This document shows positions 1 through 16,800 of a stretch of DNA of 42,783 nt, in pieces. The notes under the pieces were generated by a model. It did no database searches. It was not told the origin of the DNA and worked only from the letters and a program-made list of their open reading frames with translations. Where the stretch lies: contig NW_014040278.1 of the NCBI RefSeq assembly GCF_001186125.1, forward strand, positions 34,620 through 77,402, read 5' to 3'. The number at the start of each line of letters is the position of its first letter. Position 1 is the stretch's first letter. Origin of the DNA: Sphaeroforma arctica JP610. Its lineage: Eukaryota. The translations under genes were made by a program, and so were the position numbers.

Positions 1-160
<160 letters not shown>

Positions 161-309
161 TCTAGCTCAGTATGAAAGTAGCTCGAACTACACGCCTGGT
201 GTACAGGGTGCGCATATACAAAGGCTGCTGCAACCCGATGATCCTTATTTCAACTCATCAACGAAGCTCATGCTCGATCCCATCAAGTCTAGATGTCAGT
301 AGAAGTGCG

Positions 310-1607
310 TCACTGAATCAGTGACGCCACATGCCGCGGAAAACAGCCGTTGTACACCTTGCGTCCATCATGAGTATGGGACTCGAAGCGCGCACTGTGG
401 TTCACATCTCTACTTTTATCAGACCGGAAACACATGGACGTTGGCACTGCGTGTGGGCGGAACTCCGCCGCATCCAGGCTGCTATAGCAACGCTTGTGTA
501 CATCTTCGTCGCGCAGGCGTTGAATTGTATCCAACTGCTCCTGTGACAATCCGCTTTTAGAATCGCCGTCGAGTTTTGACTGTTCCACGATACTCAGTAC
601 ATCCTCGGACTTAGGATGCGGCACTGATAGATTTTCGAACAAATCGGTGATGGGTGCGCAGGAGTATCGCCAGAACCACGGAGAATGCACCTCCGATGCC
701 ATCAGCACCACAACCGAACTTGTCTGCGATTTATTAATCATAGTTTGATAGCGTACTTTCATCGCACGAACAGACTCGTAACCATTGAATTCGATCATAC
801 CTTGTGCTATACGAAAGATCCAGACTTTACCCGTCCATGCATTGAGTTTGGGATCGTCAAGCCAAGTCTCATCTAGCACATCGTCAGCCGGACCACTCAC
901 ACGGAGAAGCGTGCGACGCCTTAGCACGGCCTCACACTGCACTGAGCCGGGACACACGAAGTCTGCAACCCGTCGACTTTCATGTGCACTATCGTGTGAC
1001 TTTCGTGTGTGCTGGTCTGCCGTACTCTGATTTTCGTGTGAGTACGGCGCAATACTAGTACCACCCCAATTCTGGAGCTTACGGAGTCGACTGCGTAGTC
1101 CACCTATGTACGGTGAGATACCAGGCATCGTTTGAATACCACGGGCTGTCGTATGGCTGCGTGCCGGTAGTATTTCAACGTTCTCTACTAACATATCATC
1201 TATTATCTCACTGGAGAGGCGTGACACGTACGACCCCTCGTGCGTACCACTGGTAGACCAGGACTTCTCGGCTGCGATGGACAATGGCACACCCCTGTCA
1301 TACTCGTAGGCCTTTACACGCAACAAGGCGGTTACAACTGATGCGCCCCATCTGTCTACTAGCTCTATCGTATGGCGGAAGAATTTATACTCTGAGTTGA
1401 GAGGAGAATGGTAGGCGAGGTCGTCGATGGCCACGTAGACACGCATGTACGTGACACTCTTAATCTGTGCAGCCATGATCTCCACCACAAACACGCCCAA
1501 GTCCTCATTGTTGAGCATCCAGTCTGATAATTCACGCTGAACGGTCTTGTAGTCGTACAAGCACAGATCAGGGAGAAGATCAGTGTCAAACTGTCAAACG
1601 TCGCCAT
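310..1607 (-). pseudogene. Orphan intronless ORF (~430 aa when repaired), frameshifted near its N-terminus; function unknown, possibly mobile-element or viral in origin
   Basis: 416-codon open frame 1560-310 that starts at TTG. The ATG at 1607 comes into frame (MATFDTDLLPDLCLYDYK...) if one copy of the tandem 8-mer TGTCAAAC (1584-1591/1592-1599) is removed. No family motif recognised. Confidence 0.55.
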
Positions 1608-2956
1608 AGTGAACAGCTGTCAACTTCGAGAGCCGTCAGGTGTTTTCTAAAGTCAATTAAGACTATTTTTTTATGTATGAAGAAATAAATACCTCACACT
1701 CACAGGAGTCACAGCCGAGGGCCCGAGGCCCGAGGAGAAGTGACAAAAAAACAATTCAAAGTCTGTCTCAATTTGACTCAAACCTCTTGTCAAAATTGAA
1801 AATCCAAAGATTATATATATTTCAAAAAATAAAAAATAACGGGAGTTTTTTTTTAAATTCAAAAACAAAATAGCCTTCTGTCTGCTTCTGATATCAGACC
1901 GATCACTGCGATCAGAGGCTTCAGCCTTCAGAAGCTCAGAGTATTTTTTGTTACAAAAATAAATACATATTTGTTAGAAAAATATTTTGCTTTGTTTTCT
2001 TGTTGGCTTTGTTTCTCTTAGAAAAACACATATCTTTTGAAAAATACAGAAATCTTGAAACCACCATTTTTTTTAAATAAATAAATATAGAGCCACCTAG
2101 ATGGTTTTTTTGGGGGGTTTTTGGTTGTTTTTTTGTTTCAAATGTAAATATTTTTTTATTTAGCCTTCTTCTAAATTGAAACATTTTTTCAAAAACAACC
2201 CAAAATTTGTTTCCTTTTTTTTAACCCCCCCCCCCCCCCTCCCCTCCTCTAATATATATATAAAAAGTTAAAAAAAATATATAAATACAGGGTTTTAGGG
2301 TTGACAGTCCTTCGTAAATACACCATAGCTTTCTAAAATTCAACAGGCAATGCACACACGAATATAAATCTCAATAATAAATACAAGGAACTAAATAGAG
2401 TAGGCTACTTGTTCGATATGAAACTGCTTCAAACTAGTTACTAATAGAAGGCTGTGTGTTCAATATAAAGCTGCTTGTTTTGTTCTGAGGACAGAAAGCA
2501 CACGTAGTCATCCAGTGCTACAGCTATACTCGTGCACAGATACCATTACAGCTATCATTGCACGGAAGCATCAACGATTGTATTAGTGCGACAGATACGA
2601 TGAATGGTTTACCGCCTCCCACTATAGACGAATGAAATCAATCGCTTGCTACGTGACAAAGTAGAAGGTAGTACCACCTCGGTGAGAGTGCACAGAATTA
2701 TAAAGCACACAGTCACTGCGACTCGGCCGATTGTCGCAAAAGCACAGCACGTACGGAGATTGCAAGGCAAGCCCTGCATTCAAGTTCAGAGGCACTCACG
2801 ATCCAGACGCACATACATGCAATTATACCAGCTACACACAGGGTCTAGTTCAGTAGGCAAGAAAGCCGTACCTCCCAAAGTTATTAGTCAAAGTACCAAT
2901 TTGATTGAGTGTATCGGATCTGTACTGAATTTTGTAGCTCATCTCGCAACCATACG

Positions 2957-9450
<6,494 letters not shown>

Positions 9451-10884
9451 TGTATATGTAATTGAAAGTACATTAAGCATGCATGCGTTGGGTTACTTAG
9501 CTAACCTATGCGCTAGAGTAAGAGAACAATAAATCATACTACACAATTGAATGAATGGATTAAGTAGTGACAGTGTAGTGTCGCAAGTTTTTCTTGTACT
9601 TCTAAGGCGGAAAGTTGAGTCCACGTTTATTGTTGGTCGGTTTTTCTGGTGTGCAATCACAAGGTTAAATCAGCCTCTAGTGTTAAATATACACAAGGGC
9701 TGGACCTGTCATTCTACTAAAAACCTGGTCACGACGAGTTGCTACTTTTATACGGCATACATTCATCAATATGCATTTCTGTTGTATGTGTGCTCAGATT
9801 TGGTATGTTTTGTCGTTGATTTATTGTTTTGAATGTACACGAAGTCTTTCTCTCGGGCAAGTTTTCTTGTATCCAATCATGTTATAGACCAGTGGAATAC
9901 CAGTAGCATCGGACGACTGATATTCTATAACTAACGCTCTTGAGTATGAACGTACACTTGGTGATGCCTGTAAAGTTTTCCAATCGGGCTTATAGAGTCA
10001 AGACAGAAAGCATCTTGCTACTTGGATTCTGTCCAAATCATACACTGCATCCGGAGGTCCAGATAAGAACTTGATCACACTACGGTACTATCCCGATTCG
10101 TGAAATTGGCCGTTATTAAACAATCGCGTCCATGAAATTCTCCACAATATCTACACTAGGGACTCAGGAACTACCAAACCTGATACTTGAGTAAATATAT
10201 CTGTTTCAGCGTTATTACGCCCGCCAAAACTTAAGAGTCTATGGGTTATGGAGGATCAGTAGATCAACATAGATGCCAGAATATCTATCTGAAGGTCACT
10301 AATTGAAGTGGCCATGAGCCCATTTCAGCTTTCGGTGGATCCTGCGTAATATGGAGTCGGTCGTATAAAATACCTTTTACTTTGCATAGGACAACAAAGT
10401 GTGTACCTAGATAACTGCTTTGAGACTAAAGATGCGGCGAATTTGTAACGCACAAAAAGGAGCCCTGTGCTTTTTGTTCTCGGTTCATGTATGCCGAACT
10501 AGTGGCGCAGTGTTCAAGAAAAAAATCCGAAACAGCGCTTTCGATATTTATCGATTAGGCTAGCCCAGAATACATGAACGCACCTACAGTACTTTCAGTA
10601 GCTGGGTATGTCTTGCACTGGCTACTATTCTCATTCTGAGAAGGAAAAACTCACAATCTTTGATTTTCCACCTGTGACCTAGGCAGAAATGAAATATAGA
10701 CCGCCAGTTTATAGATCTAATACGAGCTGCGTCTCGAATTATACTTTTCTACACGATCTCCTTTTCTATGCCTTCTGTATTGCCCTGGAGGTTCATGTGA
10801 TCAATTCAAGAAGTCTGAAACATAAAAGAGTTGTCCAACAATTTTCCGATTACAAAATAAAAAAAATTGAAAAGTACAAATAGT

Positions 10885-12720
10885 GATATTATTTTTTTTA
10901 ATTTGGATAAATTTGTATGTCTACATGCACAACAGGCTTCATATTTCTAGGAGAGGTTCTGGGAAAATTGAAGGGAAGTTAAGATTGTCGAACTGCCGCG
11001 AGAATCTCGGGGCGAGTGATGCACCGATAGAAGACATACGGTGCGTTACTTCACGACGATGGATACAGACCTTGTGCCATTGTGTGGAATAAAGCTGGCC
11101 GACGATCGTAGTGGTAATATGGGCTGAGTTAGTCTGACATATTTTGAACATGATACCAAGAAGGGTGAGGTTGTCAGCCGCAATTTTGCTTCGGAGCGAA
11201 GTTGGAGGCTGCACGATACCACCCCACACAACTGATGCATTTGGAATATCCTGGCCCAGAAGTCTCGAAGATTTAGTCTGTACCGAAATCTGGACTGGAA
11301 ATAAAAGTTCAATAGAGTGATGAGACGCGGTATGGGGAACATCAGTCTGTCGATCAGTACTGGATGGGGATAAATTGGTGCCCACTGTTCATGGAAAAGG
11401 AAGCTCCCGAGATGTTCGTGGAATGTCCATATGCCGTGGTAGTCATGTCGATTCTGTAGTTGCTGCAGTAAGTACGGTCCAATTGGGGGTAGATTAGGGC
11501 CCACCAGAACATGCCTTAATATGAAACTGATACAAGCAAATAGGCTGCGCGTAAAATTCTTATCTCCGGGGCACACAGGACAGAGGCATCCACCAGTACG
11601 AAAGTCAAGCAATTTGAACAGGAACGTGTTGGTTGCTATCATGGCACAAAGGCGGATTGAGGTGTGCTCACGGCAATGAGTCAGTAAAACTATCATTGGA
11701 GGGCTTGTCCTGGTCCGTGATGAGAATTTTCCCTTTACAAGTCGATAGTGGTATTGGTGGCAAGCCTTGGCTGCTATCTCCTTAGTTGTAAGATGTTGTG
11801 AGGTATTATGTCGGATCTGCTCGTGGAGCTTACGGAGTTCTTTGTGTTGAGGTGTGCACCCGCCCCTTGACTCTAGATAAGCGTAAATACTGAACTGGAA
11901 TTTGTCCGAAGGTCTGCTACGTGTCCAAGCAGGTCTTGTACGTGGGGTGAGTAGGTTTGTACTGTTGATTGAGTCAAGATGTAGTCCCAGGCAGCCGCCA
12001 AGGTACTCCGCAAATTGGCGTGCTGGAGGTAAACCGCAGAAACGAAGAAGCCGTGTGCGCTGGTATATGAGCTTTGGAAATATAATGCCTGTTGTGATAG
12101 CTGCTGTTTGAATTAGTGCTGAATTGTACCGCTTGTACAACAGCTTCAACGCGGCATGCCAAATAGGTGGAGCCCATGCAATAATAAGAATGAATGTCGT
12201 AAATATTGCAACCGATTTCGCGAATGGCGCCGGCTGAATCCGTAAAACAAACCCATACACCCGGAAGAACACCTTATCCTAGAGTAATGCTGCCACGAGG
12301 TGGTCCATGTATTTTACAAAGTTGATACTCGGTATGCCACACTGGGACAGTTGAATTTCTAAGTATTTGGAAGGCTGTGGATACGTTTTAGGGTTTAGCG
12401 GTACCGCATGTAGCATGCTCGACGATCTCTTTAGGGGCTTGAGAATCTCTTGTTCTAGACCGGATTGGCAACCCAAATCATCGATCGCGTTCAGGAAGAG
12501 TTACAACCCAACAGACTGCAGACCTGGATGTGCGTGTCATCTACACAGAGGTAGAAGCGGAGGAATTTCGGCCGAAATGGTAGCCAGGGAGTCCATAAAA
12601 ATGATAAAAAGCTGTGGACCGACAATCGAACCTTGGGGTATGCCATTTATCCTATGGAATAGATATGAAAGCTGAAAGCTTTCCACGATACGTCACCGGT
12701 GTGGGAACATTCTCGAACAA
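10885..12720 (-). mobile_element. 5'-truncated, degenerate non-LTR retrotransposon (LINE): C-terminal part of RT plus downstream Cys-rich region
   Basis: Minus strand ~12660-12520 reads NGIPQGSIVGPQLFIIFMDSL...(frameshift)CVDD, i.e. the RT QG motif and a degenerate YADD. It is followed by VKYM (KYLG-like), the 408-aa ORF 12272-11046 with CPVCPG...LFAC (degenerate zinc knuckle), and an A-rich 3' end near 10888-10900. Confidence 0.8.
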
Positions 12721-12814
12721 TACACTGTAAATTTTGGTCTATCAAGTCCACTTAGAGTAGTTAAAAGCCTGAGTTGGGTCTAAGTTTAATAAAATTCAAA
12801 GTAAAATAAATGAA

Positions 12815-13746
12815 ATGGTGCCTTGGGAGGACGAACGGATGCGTGCTGTTTCTCAGATAGTGAGTTCGAGTAACATAGGGCGTCCGGCGGTCTATGTTGC
12901 GGCTATGAACATGATTATCGAAAACTCGGCAGACCATCGTATGGTGAGATGTCTGGGTGCGTCGTCCAGCGAAAAGTCTTTCCTTGCGTTAATGTTTTCA
13001 TCCGTTTTTGGGATAAGCAGCACGACGTTTGAAATCGCAGGAAAATTCTCTCGTTCTGAGATGAATCGAACACGAATGCTTATCGAGGAGTTCAAAAGGC
13101 AAAAAGAGATTGGTTGATGTTGAAGGGATTACGCTATGATGGAAGAGGTCAATCGACGATGATGAAGAAAGGTGTAGACCAAGTTGCGATTGCGCCACCG
13201 AGAATGTGGATCAACTCTAATTTCACGATTGACGAGATGTCAACAATGTCGACAAAAGACGCACTATGGGATCCAATCAAGAAGCGTTCTGTTGCCTTAA
13301 TGTTTTGGCTGCGTGAAGATGATGAGGCGCTAGTGTTTTCGCTTGCAGATGATATCATGAATGGGGCCGCCATTGTGGTCATTCACGTTCTACAACACTT
13401 GGCTGCCGGCGTTAGTGCGGATGTCGTAAAAGATCTCCGAACTTATGGACATCTCTACATGAAGTTGGATGCGCGGTGCACAAAAGATGTGTTTTTGACG
13501 ACATGCATTCATCCCAGCACTGGTTATTTGAACTCAAAACTTATCGTTGACGCTTCGGAGTTCGAAAAGGAGAATCATCACCTAATCGAGACAGGGTACT
13601 TATATGTGGTTTTGACCTTTGAGTCTAAGGTTGGGAAAGGTATCTCTGTTGCGTGGCGAAACCCTCGTACCAATCAAATCATGTGGGATGCAACAAATCG
13701 ATTGGATCCACAACTCCTACATTCGATGCAGATTGCCGAATTTTAG
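12815..13746 (+). pseudogene. Superfamily 3 (D5-like/AAA+) helicase, split by one frameshift at ~13114; virus- or mobile-element-like
   Basis: Overlapping ORFs 12815-13117 and 13114-13746 give the SF3 motifs in order: Walker A-like VRCLGASSSEKS (GKS>EKS), Walker B MLIEEF, LMLKGL...KKG, motif C RMWINSN, arginine finger PIKKR. Intronless; AATAAA at ~13821. Confidence 0.7.
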
Positions 13747-13869
13747 CCAGCTGACTACAGTGCTCTAATGACTCACGAACCACGTTTCCTTGCTAATCGC
13801 TTCTAAAAGGAACGATTCATAATAAATAAAAGTTGTTGTGAGATGTAAATAAAGTTCAGTTTTAAGTAA

Positions 13870-15198
13870 ACATATTTCGAATACATCTACCAGACCTTTT
13901 TTAGCTCAGTTGTTGAGTCTTCCGGGTGTGATTTGCTTGCAATTGCGTTCCGGTCAAAAGCCGATATGCCTAGCGAATATGCACCAAAACCGACCGATGG
14001 TACTCATATAGTATCGCACTATCATTTAGTCTTACCAAAATCCTTCAACAGTGACGTAGTGGGCTTTCCATCTTGCGTGACATACAATGGAAACCAAATA
14101 TTGTTTATTGAGTTCGTGGCTAAGAAACACGGCTATCGCTATGTGATCGAGTTCCAGATGTATCACAGAGTATTGCTCTTTCGCGATACCACTACGTATC
14201 TAACACACCTATACTAGAGACCAGACTTATCGCCGTGTGAGCTGATTCTGCCACACGTTCCTGTCCGCAAATATTACGCTTTAGATATGCGCGGAGATGC
14301 AATAGGCAACGGCGCCAGTTTTTTTACTGAAATTCGGATGCACGAGGTCCAGATACTGCACGTCTGTATACGGGGACAAAAGTGACGATTACAAAGACGT
14401 GACACCGCTGACTGCGTCCAGGCCAGGGAAAATCAGTTTTCATGTCATTTACCAAAGACACGTATTTTTGTCTATGGCGGAACTAGCGGACTACGCAACA
14501 GACTTCTAAACATTTCTGGCACAAAGTGACGTCGAAGCAGTGAGCGACATTGTAGACTGGTCAGTGTATGAACGGAACCAGCTGTTGCGGGCACCATACA
14601 CTTTAAAAGTAACGACGCACGATGTGAATGGTAAGCGTACGTACAGCAATGTTGACGGGTCGTGCTGAAAATATTGGACGGGGGAGAATGTCTACGGTCA
14701 ATGTCCACCATGACGGCCACGCGTACGTCTGTAATTTGCTGTCCGGATACAAACGTCGATCATGTTAAGGCAGCAAAGCCGGCCCTACATGCACTCAAAC
14801 CTAGTGAGACGCATGTAGTAGCATTGCAGACCTGTCCCAAAGAAACAGGCCTGGGGATGGCGGATAAGTTGTCATCAGACATGATTGCTGTCCAGGAAGC
14901 ATCGATTAGAACGCGCTTCTGGTTTGGTCGATGTAGTGGAGGCGGCTCGAGATTATTTAAGTTTGCTGGACTTGTGAAGTCCATTTTTGGCTTTGAGTAC
15001 GGGTGGACTATTTTCCCAACTTTTGTAGCGCGTTCAGATTACTACAATGAGAACGTAGACAAGGTCGAAAAAGTTGTGGCGTTTATAATACAGTGACATG
15101 CGATTCCAAACTAACGACGGCATCCTTGTGCACAACATAATGATGCAAAAATTGAAGGTCGAAAAACTCAAGGAGAGGGGTATTTATAAATTTTAGGA
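13870..15198 (+). pseudogene. PrimPol-like archaeo-eukaryotic primase (AEP) with C-terminal PriCT-2-like domain; stops and frameshifts
   Basis: Motif I-like CELILPHVPVRKYY[A]LD (14236-14286; DxD read as AxD). Motif II LTASRPGKISFHVIY (14408-14452). Motif III IVDWSVYERNQLLRAPYTLK (~14549-14608; compare PrimPol FVDLGVYTRNRNFRL). PriCT-2-like LFKFAGLVKSIFGFEYGWTIFPTFVARSDYYNE...KLW (~14950-15080). In-frame stops at 14215 and 14507. Confidence 0.75.
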
Positions 15199-15290
15199 CG
15201 ATATGTTTTTAATTTGTTGCGAGTATGATACTGACATGTGGCTGCGTGGCGTTAGTTGTCACACATGCCTGACTTACTGATCTGTCTAGG

Positions 15291-15855
15291 GTGAATGAAT
15301 ATTGTGTTGTGTTGCAAAAAGTGATAGCTGACTTCGCGCTAGTGCTACAAAGCGTTGAACAGCGACAAATATCAATGGATCAGGTGATTCAAAATATTGA
15401 CAAAGAATCAACGCGGACGTCGCAGTCCATTAAGGTATTCAGTCGGCCACCTTCAATGTGTCCGGCGTCTCATTACAAGCCAATCGTCGGCTAGTGAGCG
15501 ATATTTATCGAGGTAACCGAGTCCATACACTGGGAAAACTTTAACATGGATACATTAAATCGGAAGGGTTTCTTGCTTCCTTGTTAGATTGTATTACGAT
15601 TTAAGATTTTTTTTGTAGTGTATGCGTTCTTGGTCGATTGCGACGAGGCAATCGTTTAAAATAGAGCGAGAGAGAGAGAGTAGCCCCCATAAAGGTGTTT
15701 TTCTGGGTCGCCGTATTGGTTGGCTATCTTGGTCAACCCGCATGTCGTTCCTTTACATACAACTCGTCTTCTTTTACGGCTTCGTCGTATTCGCGCAAAA
15801 TTTCTTCAGCATTGGGCATAACCGGTTGCTTGTTTTTTATATTCTTGGACGTCAT
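15291..15855. other. Two short convergent intronless ORF relics (15291-15494 +; 15855-15733 -, with a probable frameshifted continuation to ~15656)
   Basis: Plus: MNEYCVVLQKVIADFALVLQSVEQRQISMDQVIQNID. Minus: MTSKNIKNKQPVMPNAEEILREYDEAVKEDELYVKERHAG. Composition looks coding; no family recognised. Confidence 0.35.
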
Positions 15856-16129
15856 ATTTTATAACTGCAGGGAAATCGGTTAAGTTAAAAATTGTATTAG
15901 TAACATGCCCGAACATATTAGATGATCTAGCATGTTGCTGACATGACAGAATAGGTCCAGATACGTTCCAAACACGCTTCAAACATGTTTCTTGTCTATG
16001 CGTTTGCGGGGCTCAAATATGGCAGAAACGTGTCACAAATCTGTTACAATATGGTGTTACAATATGGTACAAACTGGTAGAACACGCTGGAGTGTAAAAA
16101 AAACGAAAACCGTCTAATTTATTGAAAAC

Positions 16130-16786
16130 ACGTTAAAGTATCTATAAGCGCGTTCATATCCACCCGTATTCAATGGGTGTATGGCAATGACGAAGACGAG
16201 AATGATGGCTGGAACCTCAAAGCATTCCGAAAGAAATGTATAAAAGCTCTACCGCTAACCCTTTTTAGTGAACTAGCAAGCGCGAGTTTACTAGGTAAAG
16301 CTGCTATATCCAAAGCGAAACACTAAGATGGTGTTCTAGCCTTACAGCGAGTACAAGAAGAGCAAGCGGCAGCAGCAGCTGCTGCTGCCAATCTTAGTGT
16401 TAGAAGACTAGTAGCATCGTCCATCACGCCAGCAAGTGTCAAGCGTCTCTTAGCAGGGATAAAAAACTATAGACTTAGTAGTTCGATCATGATGTAAGTT
16501 TAATTGGAGCTGCAATAATACGTAAACATGGTACGCAGGTTAAATCTAACTACAAGAAATGTGTCGTGTGGGGGTGCAAATCAAGAACTGCACTGACTTC
16601 TACGTGATGTCAAGTGCGATTTTGCAATAAAGCCCTGCCAGGTATGGTAAAGAGTTTTTTTGCTCTAGCAAGCGACACTTCAACGCCAACATGAGTCTTC
16701 CCCCAACGCCGTCACGTCAAAGATCTAGGCATCAAGCTGATGATGATGATGACGACCCCGACGATGACCTCATGATATCAGCTTAA
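16130..16786 (+). mobile_element. Degenerate C-terminus of a piggyBac-like transposase (Cys-rich domain plus acidic tail)
   Basis: SAFISTR...LKAFRKKCIKAL resembles NA(W/F)I...FRxxLxxxL. KKCVVWGCKSRTALTST*CQVRFCNKALPGMVKSFF (16554-16660) fits CxxC..T..CxxCxVxLC...CF, with two Cys codons one substitution away (TCT, TTT). Followed by DDDDDDPDDDL. The DDD catalytic core is not seen. Confidence 0.45.
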
Positions 16787-16800
16787 CTAGCTTGATGCAA

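Noticed and set aside
2290..2302. Telomere-like GGGTTTTAGGGTT (similar at ~22610 and ~36289)
   Set aside because: Only one or two units; not an array.
9830..10420. Possibly decayed coding sequence on the minus strand downstream of ALG10
   Set aside because: Many stops in all frames and no recognisable motif.
11440..11460. RHD after the LINE zinc knuckle, suggesting a restriction-like endonuclease clade
   Set aside because: No convincing PD-(D/E)xK motif follows; the clade cannot be assigned by eye.
15147..15156. AAAATTGA, the mimivirus early-promoter motif (also at ~1792 and ~10863)
   Set aside because: At 15148 it falls inside the probable coding tail of the primase; the others are in A-rich DNA and not positioned upstream of a co-oriented ORF. 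Expected by chance.
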